The translations under genes were made by a program, and so were the position numbers. 64,000 bases of DNA from Octopus vulgaris. Its lineage: Eukaryota. The notes under the pieces are model-generated. The model had not been told where the DNA came from. It worked only from the letters and a program-made list of their open reading frames with translations, and ran no database searches. The stretch is from positions 7,006,001 to 7,070,000 of the forward strand of contig OX597819.1 in assembly GCA_951406725.2 (NCBI GenBank), given 5' to 3'. Of this stretch, positions 1 to 12,353 are shown one piece after another. Within the stretch, counting starts at the first letter, position 1. Every line of letters begins with the position of its first letter.

Positions 1-196
1 CTTATTCATGGACACCATTTCCTTCTACAGATTCCCATCCATTTTGAAAATAAAACCTGAAAAAGTCGCCAAGAGATTGACGGAATAGGTAAGTGTTTGC
101 CCTCAGACCATTCAATCCCATCCACCGCACAAACTCCTTCGAAAGAGTCACTAGACAGAGTAACAATGCTTTTCTGTGCATGGTTACAGGAGAGCC

Positions 197-580
197 GTGG
201 AGGCGCAATGGCCCAGTGGTTAGGGCAGCGGACTCGCGGTCATAGGATCGCGGTTTCGATTCCCAGACCGGGCATTGTGAGTGTTTATTGAGCGAAAACA
301 CCTAAAGCTCCACGAGGCTCCAGCAGGGGATGGTGGTGATCCCTGCTGTACTCTTTCACCACAACTTTCTCTCACTCTTACTTCCTGTTTCTGTTGTACC
401 TGTATTTCAAGGGGCCGGCCTTGTCACTCTCTGTGTCACGCTGAATATCCCCGAGAACTACGTTAAGGGTACACGTGTCTGTGGAGTGCTCAGCCACTTA
501 CACGTTAATTTCACGAGCAGGCTGTTCCGTTGATTCGGATCAACCGGAACCCTCGTCGTCGTAACCGACGGAGTGCTTCC
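197..580 (+). mobile_element. tRNA-derived SINE, family A, full length
   Basis: Head with A-box-like tggcccagtggttagg and B-box-like ggtttcgattccc; 3' hairpin cgtcg-taac-cgacg; 11-bp TSD acaggagagcc at 186-196 and 581-591; near-identical copies at 35932, 45136, 46018. Confidence 0.92.
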
Positions 581-780
581 ACAGGAGAGCCACGAAGCAA
601 TCATCATGATGGATACGGCTGACAGCCAAATCCGACCAACACATCGACATTCGTAGAACATAACGCCGCAAGACCCGGACTGAATTGAGGCGGAACGTTT
701 TCATTGCTGTGTGTAAATAACAATGACAACAACAATATTAATATTAACATAAAAATAAGGATAATAATGATAATAATAAT

Positions 781-972
781 CCTGGCACATAGCCAGAACT
801 TTTAGGGGTGGTAGGGAGGGTCAGTCGATTAAAACCACTCAACTGCTCGACTAATCCTTAATTTATTGAGCCCGAAAGTCGACGTCGACGGAACTTGAAC
901 TCAGAGTGTCAAGACGGACTAAATGCCGTAAGGAATTTTGTCCGGAGTGCTAATGATTTTGACAGCTAATGG
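781..972 (-). mobile_element. Diverged SINE C fragment
   Basis: Reverse complement resembles the family C core (ctgagttcaa...gtcgac...ttcgggctcaataaattaag). Confidence 0.6.
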
Positions 973-984
973 TGAGGATAATAA

Positions 985-1013
985 AAGCAGCAACAGCTGT
1001 AGCAGCAGCAGTT

Positions 1014-1091
<78 letters not shown>

Positions 1092-1406
1092 TATACACAT
1101 GCGCATACATAAGCATGCATGCATGTGTGCTCCAAACTATATGTGTGTGTGAGGGTGTACGATGTTTAATATATAATAACCACAAAGTTATTTGTGTGGC
1201 AGGGAGTGTATATGAAATATATTTCTTTAATACGTACCCACACGCAAACACACACTCACACAGACTCACACACACACACATGTTTATATATGCATAGATA
1301 CATTACAAACTTACATACATGTAAATTTATATGTATTCATATATGCGCATATATGTGTGTGCGTCTGTATATAGCTTCGCTGTGTTTATAGGCGTGAATG
1401 AATGTC

Positions 1407-1463
<57 letters not shown>

Positions 1464-1644
1464 TATTCATAAATTCTGATGTCTTTCTTATCTTGTTTCC
1501 CCTTTTTACATTACACTTATAAATGAAATATGTATATACATACATATATATATATATACATACATACATACATACATACATAAACACCTATATATACACA
1601 TATATCAATAATTGTTATCATCATCATCATTATTTTTATTATTA

Positions 1645-1677
<33 letters not shown>

Positions 1678-1690
1678 CATTTTTATTATT

Positions 1691-1743
<53 letters not shown>

Positions 1744-2139
1744 CATCACTCCACTGGAAGAAAGACTAAAGAATAGATTCAAAATGAGGGGGTGGGAGGC
1801 TGAAGATTAATTAATAAATAGAATCGGTTCCTCTGTTTGCCTCGATCGTTTCCTCTTTCTTACACTCCATCCAATATAGAATCGATTATGTTTGATATCA
1901 TTTCTTATCTTTTTCACATCTCGCTTAAATAATAATTTTTTCAGTTCTTTATGTATATACTTATTTATTGTAGCTGTATAATATGTAATATGTCTCATCT
2001 ACTTCGCTTCTGTTGTTATGGTGGCAGATTTGATTTCGCTGCATCTATCTTTTCTGACGGAGAAAGAAGCAGTTTTGTACTCGAGCATGCGCGTGTGTGT
2101 GTGTCTGTAGGTGTGTGTGTGCGACTATATATACGTATG

Positions 2140-2197
<58 letters not shown>

Positions 2198-2372
2198 TAT
2201 ATACACACATATATATATATACACACACACACATACAGATATATTGTATATACGTATGTATATATGAATCTAGATGGTATTTTTGTTTGTGAATATACAT
2301 AAATTTATATATATACATTATGCGTATATATATTATATATGTATTATATAGAAATGTATATGTATATACATG

Positions 2373-2432
<60 letters not shown>

Positions 2433-2590
2433 GTATATATGTATGTATGTATGTATATGTATACATATATATGCATTAATATGCGTATAAGTATATATTT
2501 ATGTGCGTATGTGTACTTTGATATATATATATATATATATATGCATACACACAGACACACACACTCACACACAAACACCACACACAATTT
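985..2590. repeat. Microsatellite cluster (TAG)n, (TA)n, (ATT)n, (TACA)n, (CA)n
   Basis: Simple repeats visible directly; they generate the low-complexity ORFs in the track. Confidence 0.95.
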
Positions 2591-3313
2591 TTAAGTCTTC
2601 GTTCCAACTTTCCTATACTTAACATAATTAGACCAAACGCCATTCGTCATTGCAATTAAGATATTGCTATCTTCAAACAACTGTACATCCCCGTATACAT
2701 TTTTATCATATTCTTTTTTTTTTCCTTTTTCTTTTTTTCTTTCTTTTTTTCTTTTTTTTTTTACATCGATCTTTTTCACTATATCAATAGTAAACACCAA
2801 CATGACGGCAAGTATTTCCGATCAGTTACTTTTAATTCTTGGTATCTGATCGAATTCGAATCCCAATGTTTCGCTCTCGCGTTAATATATATGCTTCGCA
2901 GATTCGGTTTAATTTTCATCTATAAGAAATGACATATAAGGGAAACAATTGCAACATGGTACAGTGATGATAGAAATCAGAAACACAAGTATATTCCCCT
3001 ATGCTTTTCTTTGTAATAGTATAATGTATAACTAAATATTAAAAGTTCTTTCGTTGTTCATGTCCGCCCTGTTCCGCTACAACAGGTACAGCACAATCTC
3101 TGTCTCTATCCCGATACAGGGAAACAGAAATGTTTATATGCAGGTCGCATTGATACTTGATGATATTATTATTACGGCATAAAGCAGTTGTGAACATAAA
3201 ATGATTGTTAATACATATATGTACATCTTTACATATACGCACGTATATAAATATACCTAGACATATATTCATATACAGAAATAAATCCGTGTGTTTGTGT
3301 GTCCGGTCTTTCA

Positions 3314-3525
3314 ATATGTGACCTCGTGAGAACCGCTGGCGATTTTTTTTCCTCTGTCTTCCCTTCTCGGGATCTTTCCTTCTCCTATGTTTCCGACGAA
3401 GAGCTCCGCTCGAAACGTTAAACCCTCCTTCTTCCCTTCTTTCCTGAGCGTCCAGTAATACTTTATTTGTTCCACGTCCTCGCGTTGTTGTGTTTTTTTG
3501 TGTTTTCTTGTTTGGATTAACTATA
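3314..3525 (+). mobile_element. Penelope pLTR-like short repeat with minimal hammerhead motif
   Basis: gttt-CCGACGA-a-gagc-tcc-gctc-GAAA-cgtt-aaac at 3389-3423; inverted copy at 32338-32546; ends in a (TA)n tract. Confidence 0.75.
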
Positions 3526-3689
3526 TATATATACATACATGCATACATACATACATACATACATACATACATACATACATACATACATACATACATACAT
3601 ACATACATACATACATACATACATGCATAAACGTCGAGCGATGAAAATGAGTGCTCAACACCGCATTTGTGAATAAAGTTTCTTTATTT

Positions 3690-4755
3690 GTAAATTAAGG
3701 CCACCATTGGCTTCATGTTAAGAAAAATAGGAAGATATCTTAATATCTTAACAATTTTTAAAGCCTATCACATGGAGTAATGGTTTTCGTTTCCATTTTG
3801 GATAAACACAAAGTCTCGTTGCATTCGCGGAGATTCTCGTAAAGAAAACAATAAATCAAGGGTGCTTCTCTTAGATTACATCTTTTGAGTGGTTACTTCC
3901 CTTGGGTTTGAGTTCTGGGCAAACAACCGTGTCGGATGGTAAATTTGTTTGCATTATCTTATATATTCTGTGTGTGTGCGATGTTGGTATGCTTGTGTGA
4001 TGAGATATTTCTTCTGTATGTGGAGTTTGTGTGCTATGTATATTCAAATTTCACGTTCAGGAAAGGGGCCATCCTAATGGCATTAGCGGCACAATTGGTG
4101 GTTCCTCTTTGGAGTGTTTAAATTTGAAATATTGCTTGTGTATGCGGGAAGAGAATATTTCATCCATAATATTTAGGGTTTTTATCTGTTGGTTGTATGA
4201 TATTTAGTTTTTCAATGATACAGAGTTCACATTTGGTGAACTCTGTATCTTTGCATTTTCTGGCTTTAGCAGTGTTGTTCCATTTTATCCGGGGGTTACT
4301 TATTCTACCTTCATTCAATCTCCATATCATATTGGATAGGGATGTTGCGTGTGCTTTTTTTGTATAATTTTTCTCTCTGAATGACGCCAGGGTTGTGTGT
4401 ACCTTTTTTGAATGAGTTGTCCATCATTCCGATATGCGTCTTTGCTACTCCGTTGGGAGTTGTGGTCTTGGACTTGTATATAAGTTCTTTATCGAAATGG
4501 TTGTTGTTTAGAGGGCAGCGGTTTGGAGATTTGAAGTTGCATTGTCATTCGAGGGTATCTCTGGTGTGTTTATTTTTATTGTGATTGAATAGTTTTGAGC
4601 CTATATTGGGGAGGCAACTATAGCTAACTTTAACAGTGTTTCTGTTGAAAATCTTGTGGCATTTATGTCAATGTGGGAAGTGATTGTCTATTAATTTTTA
4701 AAATTTCGTCGCTATGCTAGTGGTCACATTCATGCTATAAAGTGGGTTAAACCAT
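3690..4755 (-). pseudogene. Degenerate Penelope-like (probably Naiad-type) element: RT C-terminus, GIY-YIG region and 3' UTR
   Basis: Manual minus-strand translation: [81 protein letters not shown]. These are hallmark PLE motifs broken by stops. A decayed hammerhead-like fold lies near 3699-3765. Confidence 0.8.
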
Positions 4756-4767
4756 AATAATAATAAT

Positions 4768-5325
4768 AAATGCCCTGATGCAGTACCAGGCAGTGGCTCT
4801 CATGGCTTCTGATCTTAACTGATTGGAAGTGTTATCATGTACATTGTTTTGTCTTGGTATAAAAGATGGGCTACAGCAAATATTCTGCTCAATACCACAG
4901 ATTTGCTTGTCAGTTGTTTGACCTTAACCATTTGAGCATGTCCCTTAGTGGCTGACGATATGTGCATCTCTGATCACGAGCAGAAGTAGTGGGGGAGCAT
5001 CATAGCCATGTGTTGAGTGGGATTCTTTGGGGTTTGAATAGTTCACCTCTGGAAACATGAGTGGTTCTTTCAACATCCTTAAACAACCCTTATTCAGGGA
5101 CCTTTTGAGCGGGATGGGCTACTCAACCTGAAGAAAATTCTAACTGGGCCCCACCTGCAAGGTCATGTGCTGTTTATCTTGATATGAGATCACCATGTCG
5201 CGCACATATAGTTGTGATGCATGTGCCTAGTGTACCCTTATCAGACGGGTAGTCATGATGGGTATATTGGGCTTCGTATATTTTACCCCAGTGTCACTTT
5301 GATGGCATGAACTGCTCTCTCACTC

Positions 5326-5327
<2 letters not shown>
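4768..5327. mobile_element. Unclassified ~560-bp non-coding insertion between (TAA)n tracts
   Basis: Abrupt composition change, (TAA)n on both sides, truncates the PLE remnant at its WFNP codons; no ORF. Confidence 0.5.
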
Positions 5328-5362
<35 letters not shown>

Positions 5363-5364
5363 TA

Positions 5365-5580
5365 AACTGGTTTCAAATTTTGGAACAAGACCAGTAATTT
5401 CGGCGGTGGGTATAAGTCGATGACATCAGCTCCAATTCTCAACTGCTACCTATTTTATCGAACTCCGAAGGGATGAAAGACAAAGTGGTCCTCGGCGGAA
5501 TGTGAACTCAGAACGGGAAGACGGACAAAACGCTGCTAAGCATTTCGCCTGGCGTGCTAACGATTCTACAAGTTCGCTGC
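5365..5580 (-). mobile_element. SINE C copy (alternative tail)
   Basis: Reverse complement of gcgaacttgtagaatcgttagcacgccaggcgaaatgcttagc...ctttcatcccttcggagttcgataaaat. Confidence 0.8.
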
Positions 5581-5597
5581 TTTTATTTTTAAAAATA

Positions 5598-5628
<31 letters not shown>

Positions 5629-5650
5629 TTAATAATAATAATAATAATAA

Positions 5651-8160
5651 GAGTGACAAGAAGACGTACAACATAAATGCAGACTGGATTATACAAACTG
5701 AAAGATCCTACCAAAATTTACAACAACAAGCATGGGAAGACATCACAATAGCAGACCTAAGAAAGGCACTCACGAAGGCCCATAATTGGAAATCCCCCGG
5801 TAAAGATAGGGTGCCGAATTACTGGCTCGCATCGCTCCCATGCGCACACGGTAAGCTAGTTCAGCTGCTCAATGGAATTATGAGAGACCCAAAGAAAACA
5901 CCTGAATGGTTAGCAAGTGGCATTACTTACCTACTCCCAAAGAATAACGAAACCAACCTTCCAAAAAACTATCGGCCTATAACCTGTCTATCCACCACGT
6001 ATAAAATCCTAACATCTATCCTGGCGGAGAAAACATATGCATTCATGGAGAAGAACGATATTTTCCCCATTGAACAAAAAGGGTGCCGCCGAGGCTCTTA
6101 CGGATGCAAAGATCAACTGCTAATCAATCGTATGATCCTTGAGAACTGTCACAACAAGCGCAGAAATCTCAGCACCGCATGGATTGACTATAAAAAGGCC
6201 TTCGACAGTATACCGCATCCATGGATCTTGAGATCGCTGGACATCTTCAAAATTTCCCCTGTGATTTCAAACTTCCTGAAGCACAATATGTCGTTGTGGA
6301 ATACGAATCTCCAATTATACCATTCTAATGGAGTACTTGCCTCAGAAAATATACCCCTTACAAGTGAATTAAACAGAACAGGGTATGGGTATAAAATTGC
6401 CAATAAAAAAATAAGCCACCTATTTTATATGGATGACTTAAAACTTTATGGTAAAGACAATAATGAACTTGAAGACCTATTGCGCACCGTGAAAGCATTC
6501 AGCGATGACATCGGGATGGAGTTTGGACTTGAGAAGTGTGCCAAGGCCACTTTCCAGAAAGGGAAAGTGAAGACCACAAATTCAGTCGTGTTAGATGTTG
6601 ACACAGTCATAAGAGAGCTTGAGCAAGAACAAACATACAAATATTTAGGGATAAATGAAGGCTCTGGTATTCAGCATGCAAGCATGAAAGAGAAAATCAG
6701 GAAGGAATGTTATAGGAGAGTTCGTGCAGTCCTGAAATCTGAACTAAATGCACGTAACAAGGTGTTAGCTATAAATTCCTTAGCAGTTCCAGTTGTTACT
6801 TATAGCTACAATGTGTTGAACTGGAATATGAGTGAAGTAAAGAATATAGATAGGAAAATACGCAAGCTGCTGAGTTGTAATAGGATGCACCACCCAAAGG
6901 CAGACGTAGATCGCCTTTACCTTCCCAGAGCCCAAGGAGGTCGAGGCCTGATCCAATTTGAACTAGCTTACAAAACAACCACAATTGGACTGGCCAAATA
7001 TCTCCAAATATCGAATGACTGGATGCTAAAGCTCGTGGAAAATCACGAGAGACGAAAGAAGCTTCATTCTATCATAAAGGAAAGCAAAAAATTTGCTATT
7101 GATCTCGTGCAGGATACCCAAACTGAACAACCCGAGGGAAGTACGGCAACTATTGTTGCAAAGAAGGTGAAAATGATGGCAATGAAAAAAGCGCACGAGC
7201 AATTGGCAGATAGGTGGGAGGAGAAACCTCTGCACGGCAAATATGTGACCCGCAGCAAACAAGCTGATGTTGACCAGAAGCAAACCCATCAGTGGCTACG
7301 GAGCTCAGGGCTAAAAGCAGAGAGCGAAGGTTTCATCCTGGCTGCTCAAGATCAAAGCCTATTAACTCGGAACTACCAGGCCAATGTGATGAAAAATGGA
7401 GCAGACCCAAAATCCCGATTCTGCAACGACATGATTGAAACAGTGGACCACCTAATCTCTGGATGTAAAGTCTTAGCACCAGTGGAGTATAAATTAAGAC
7501 ATGACAGAGTTGGCCAATATCTCCACTGGCTAATAAGTCGGCATTACAATATCAAAACTGCCGACAAGTGGTATAATCACGACCCTGAGGCTGTAACTGA
7601 AGGAGAAAATGTAACCATTCTGTGGGACTTTCCAGTACATACAGACCGAACCATCAAGGCCAATAAACCAGATATTGTTGTGAAAGACCAAAACAATAAA
7701 GTTTGCTTATTGATCGACATGAGCATCCCCTGTGATCATAATATCTCAGCGAAAGAGTTTGACAAGCTCAGAAAATATAAAGACCTACTCATTGAAATTG
7801 AAAAAATGTGGCATCTCAAGGCGGTTACAATACCAGTGATCGTAGGAGCACTAGGAATGATCAAGAAGGGAGCCGAAAATTATATGAGAATGATCCCTGG
7901 CTTACCATCCCTGCAAGAAGTGCAAAAGATTGTCTTAACTGGTACATCACACGTATTGAGAAGAGCATTGTCGATGTGAGAACTGTTGCTGCTCATGTAT
8001 TTTAATTTAACCTTAAAAAAAAATTTAAAAAAAACATTAATGAACTACTGAGTTTGGTTTAATGGCCTACCAATGTATACTATGAGTTTCTTTGCCCTAG
8101 GAGTCGGGAAGACACTCGGCAAGAAATGATAGCAAATTTGAAAGAAGAAGAAAAAAAAAA
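5651..8160 (+). mobile_element. 5'-truncated R4/Dong-type non-LTR retrotransposon (RT plus restriction-like endonuclease) in (TAA)n
   Basis: RT motifs KSPG.D, NYRPITCL, EQKG, WIDYKKAFDS, HLFYMDDLKLY, YKYLG; C-terminal (C>S)RFC..ETVDHLISGC, RHD, KPDIVV..LLIDMSIP, K..KY..L; 3' UTR then A-rich tail into (TAA)n. TAA targeting is known for Dong/Rex6. Confidence 0.92.
5652..7979 (+). pseudogene. RT-RLE ORF, frame open but lacking the QGDSLSP motif
   Basis: Reads ...GVLASEN|IPLTSELN... with RT motif 4 absent at ~6350; first zinc-knuckle Cys reads Ser (tcc, 7413-7415). The N-terminus of track ORF 5502 is SINE plus (AAT)n read-through. Confidence 0.85.
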
Positions 8161-8215
<55 letters not shown>

Positions 8216-8629
8216 GGCACAGGAGTGGCTGTGTGGTAAGTAGCTTGCTAACCGACCACATGGTTCCGGGTTCAGTCCCACTGCGTGGCATCTTGGGCAA
8301 GTGTCGTCTACTATAGCATCGGGCCGACCAAAGCCTTGTGAGTGGATTTGGTAGACGGAAACTGAAAGAAGCCTGTCGTATATATGTATATATATGTATG
8401 TGTGTGTATATGTTTGTCTGTTTTTGTCCCTCTAGCATTGCTTGACAACCGATGCTGGTGTGTTTACGTCACCGTCACTTAGCGGTTCGGCAAAAGAGAC
8501 CGATAGAATAAGTACTGGGCTTACAAAAGAATAAGTCCCGGGGTCGATTTGCTCGACTAAAGGCGGTGCTCTAGCATGGCCGCAGTCAAAATGACTGAAA
8601 CAAGTAAAAGAGTAAAAAGAGTAAAAGAG

Positions 8630-8630
<1 letters not shown>
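8216..8630 (+). mobile_element. tRNA-derived SINE, family B
   Basis: Head ggcacaggagtggctgtgtggtaag...gggttcagtccc, tcttgggcaagtg motif, internal (TA/TG)n, tail (agtaaaag)n; many copies in the window. Confidence 0.92.
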
Positions 8631-8701
<71 letters not shown>

Positions 8702-9041
8702 CAGACGATAGGATCTTTAAATCACGAAGAAATGCTATAAATAGCTAGATGTATTTCAAAGTAACACAATAAAGATCAAAGAAATGGCAGTGTCCAGAAG
8801 GAATCATTCCAGATGAGTCGTATAAATACACAGAAGGGAAGAGGGGCAATCAACTTAATACTTAGTGCATCAAATGTTTCTGCAATTGCAGCTGTCAGCT
8901 GGTCTAATATGATATTGAAAGAAATTTATCTTAAGAAATACTAAAGAAATACTAGAGTGAGCATGTATCTGCAGGCTGACGTCAAAAGAATACATCTCGG
9001 AAGAGACGAAAGTAGGAGTGGTCTCACAATTGAAGAAAATA

Positions 9042-9093
<52 letters not shown>

Positions 9094-9096
9094 GTA

Positions 9097-9164
<68 letters not shown>

Positions 9165-9201
9165 TATATTCATATATACATATATATATATATTTATATC
9201 A

Positions 9202-9364
9202 GGCGCAGGAGTGGCTGTGTGATAAGTAGCTTGTTTACCCACCACATGGTTCCGGGTTCAGTCCCACTGCGTGGCACCTTGGGCAAGTGTCTTCTACTAT
9301 AGCCTCGGACCGACAAAAACCTTGTAAGTGGATTTGGTAGATGGAAACTGAAACAAGCCAGTCG

Positions 9365-9438
<74 letters not shown>

Positions 9439-9624
9439 TGTGTTTGTCCCCCTAGCATTGCTTGACAACCGATGCTGGTATGTTTATGTCCCTCTCACTT
9501 AGCGGTTCGGCAAAAGAGACCGATAGAATAAGTACTGGGCTTACAAAGAATAAGTCCCAGAGGTCGAGTTAAAGGCGGTGCTCCAGCATGGCCGCAGTCA
9601 AAATGACTGAAACAAGTAAAAAAA
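9202..9624 (+). mobile_element. SINE B copy
   Basis: Near-identical to 8216-8630. Confidence 0.92.
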
Positions 9625-10017
9625 TACATATACACATATATACATACATACGCGTGTGTGTGTGTGTGTGGCTGACAGATAATACCTTTATAGGCGCAGA
9701 TATGCCTTTGTGATAAAGAAGTTCACTTAACAGTTATGTGGTTTAGAGTTCAGTTCCACTGCGCGTCAACTAGAGCAAGTGTTGTCAAGCCTTTTGAGTG
9801 AAAATACATTAATATTACACAGGTAAGGGGAAGAAAAATAATTAGCTTTAGTAATTAAATCTTACTGAGAGAGAGGCTAACTCTGAAATCCAAGTAAATT
9901 TTAAATTTTGAGGCATGCAGTGGAGAGTAAGTCTGATCTTTTGTAGTGATCAGTAATTCCTGGAATGTTTTGTTCTTATTAGATCTCTTCAGTTACTAAT
10001 ATTTACCAAATCGCAAA

Positions 10018-10236
10018 GACGGTGAGCTGGCAGAAACGTTAGCACGCCGGGCGACATGCTTAGCCGTATTTCGTCTGTCTTTATGCTCTGTGTTCAAATT
10101 TCGGCGAGGTCGACTTTGCCTTTCATCCTTTCGGGCTCGATAAATTAAGTACCACTTGCGTACTGAGGTCGATCTAATCGACTGCCCCCAACTCCCCATA
10201 AAAATTTCGGGCCTTGTGCCTAGAAGAAAAAAGAAT
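10018..10236 (+). mobile_element. SINE C copy (Meta/MESC-like central domain, alternative tail)
   Basis: ggtgagctggcagaaacgttagc head; core gaggtcgactttgcctttcatcctttcggg.tcgataaattaagtacca resembles the MetaSINE domain (from memory); aatatttaccaaa repeated on both flanks. Confidence 0.85.
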
Positions 10237-10794
10237 ATTTACCAAACCTCAAAATGTTTGAGAATAAATATAAATTTTTAGTGAAATTTAAATATGCAGA
10301 ATAGGCAACTTAGCACCGTGGCTTGAATGAAATTCCCTAGGATGGCTCTGTATGAAAAATATATACACAAGAAATTATCATTAAAGCTAATGACCTAAAT
10401 TCAGATGACAAAGGAATGAGAACAATCAATTTGCGTGCAGATAATAAAGAGGTATTTCTGAAATCCCGAGAAAGTTACTGAATTCTGTAGGCAGGTAAAG
10501 AAAGTCTAAGGAACAATGGTGAAAATGGCATGATTGTAACAAATAATACTAAGGCTACAAATAATAAGTCCTGTGGTCAATTTGCTCGACTAAAGGCGGT
10601 GCTCCAGCATGGCCGCAATTAAATGACTGAAACAAGTAAAACATGAAGAATGTAGATATATATGCATATGTGTGTATATCACATATATGTATATATATAT
10701 ATATACATATACATATATACATATATATGATATATATGATATATATATACATATATTTGATATATATATGATATATATATATACATATATTTGA

Positions 10795-11535
10795 TAGCTA
10801 CTGCACGCATTTTTTTTCTCTCCTTCTTTCTGTGTTTTTTTCTCTCTCTGTGTATCTTTCTGTTGAAGAGCGTAGGCTCGAAACGTTAAAGACTTGTTTT
10901 ATTTATATTTCCTGAGCGCCATACTAATACAATTGTTCGTTTGTTTTCCACCTGCCTTCGTCTTTTGTCTATTTTCATAAAGCTTCCCGTTATATATTAT
11001 GCGCTCACGTGGTCTCACTTTCATCCTATATTCTACCAATACCACTATCAACACTTACCTCTACCTTGGATTTTCTTTACCTCTTGGATACTTACCATTG
11101 GCTGCACCTCTCTTTCGCGGATCAAAGTGACTTTGCATTGATGTGAAATCCTTAAAAAATATACCACGACGTCTACACATTTCTCACCTTGAACTTTCAA
11201 CCTTGAACTTGTTCGCATAAACTGTCCCGTTTGTTGTATTTTTATTTTCTCTTATATTCTCCCTTTATTTCGCTCTCGCGTCTCATGTTTGATCTTTGAC
11301 CTCTGGCCAAAATCAGATCGCCATGTTGATTCGTTAGCTACTGCACGCATTTTTTTCTCTCCTTCTTTCTGTGTTTTTTTTCTCTCTGTGTATCTTTCTG
11401 TTGAAGAGCGTAGGCTCGAAACGTTAAAGACTTGTTTTATTTATATTTCCTGAGCGCCATACTAATACAATTGTTCGTTTGTTTTCCACCTGCCTTCGTC
11501 TTTTGTCTATTTTCATAAAGCTTCCCGTTATATAT
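10795..11535 (+). mobile_element. Retrozyme/Penelope-like unit: two ~200-bp direct repeats, each with a hammerhead motif, around a ~340-bp spacer
   Basis: Repeats at 10795-10997 and 11335-11535; motif tcttt-CTGTTGA-a-gagc-gtag-gctc-GAAA-cgtt-aaaga at 10855-10892 and 11393-11430; both outer flanks are (TA)-rich. Confidence 0.8.
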
Positions 11536-11541
11536 ATATAT

Positions 11542-11580
<39 letters not shown>

Positions 11581-12250
11581 CACGACATGCTTTCACACAG
11601 TTTCCGCGTTAGCAAATTTAATTCACAGGGTATGGGTGTAACTGAAGATATGATAGAAGGTAGAAGCCCAGAATATCGTGCAGCAGGAGCGAATTTGAAA
11701 CTACGGGATTACGAAGCAAACTACTTAGCCACATGACCAGTAAGAAAAAAAAATTGGAAAAGATTATTTTTCCAGAAAGCGGGAATAAAAAATAGAGGAC
11801 TCGAAACACAAATCATGAGCTCTCGGACATCTAAAGCTACTGATAATGCTACGCAGATCCTGCTTCGTTGACTCCTCTCTTCTTTAGAAATTCATTACTA
11901 GATTTTATATTTGGCTTCTCTAGGCTATTTTCGTTTCTCTTCCTAATTTCTTCACTTTCCACCCAACATTTCACCTACTTACCGTTTCCAAAGAAAAGAA
12001 ATTGGAAAAAAAAACTGCATTGTCAGGAATAGTATTGACCTGTAAATAAATGTCTTCATAAAATTCCTGCAAATTACTTCCTGTACAATAATGCTCAATG
12101 ATCTTCTGCTTATGTGTGAGGGTGGGGTGGTAAATATGCGTGTTTCTGTGTGAGTATGTGCGTGTATGTATGCGTGTGTGTGAGTTTGTGTGTGTTCGAA
12201 TAGATGATCGATGTTAACGAGGAAAGTGATATATGCATCAATGTACAGGC

Positions 12251-12353
<103 letters not shown>

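Noticed and set aside
31-88. Possible exon (ttctacag acceptor, gtaagt donor)
   Set aside because: Stops in all three frames and no partner exons identified; cannot be supported without RNA data.
197-275. tRNA gene
   Set aside because: The tRNA-like head continues into a SINE body with a TSD; the same holds for families B and C.
330-533. Recurrent 67-aa ORF MVVIPAVLFHH (also 35983, 45189, 46065) as a gene family
   Set aside because: It lies inside SINE A; the recurrence reflects SINE copies.
4540-4680. Selenocysteine recoding of TGA codons in the PLE remnant, as reported for some Naiad elements
   Set aside because: The TGAs do not fall at Cys-equivalent positions, a TAA stop and frameshifts are also present, and no SECIS could be identified by eye.
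5502-5650. N-terminus of the 825-aa ORF as a real protein start
   Set aside because: Made of antisense SINE C plus (AAT)n; the LINE is 5'-truncated at ~5651.
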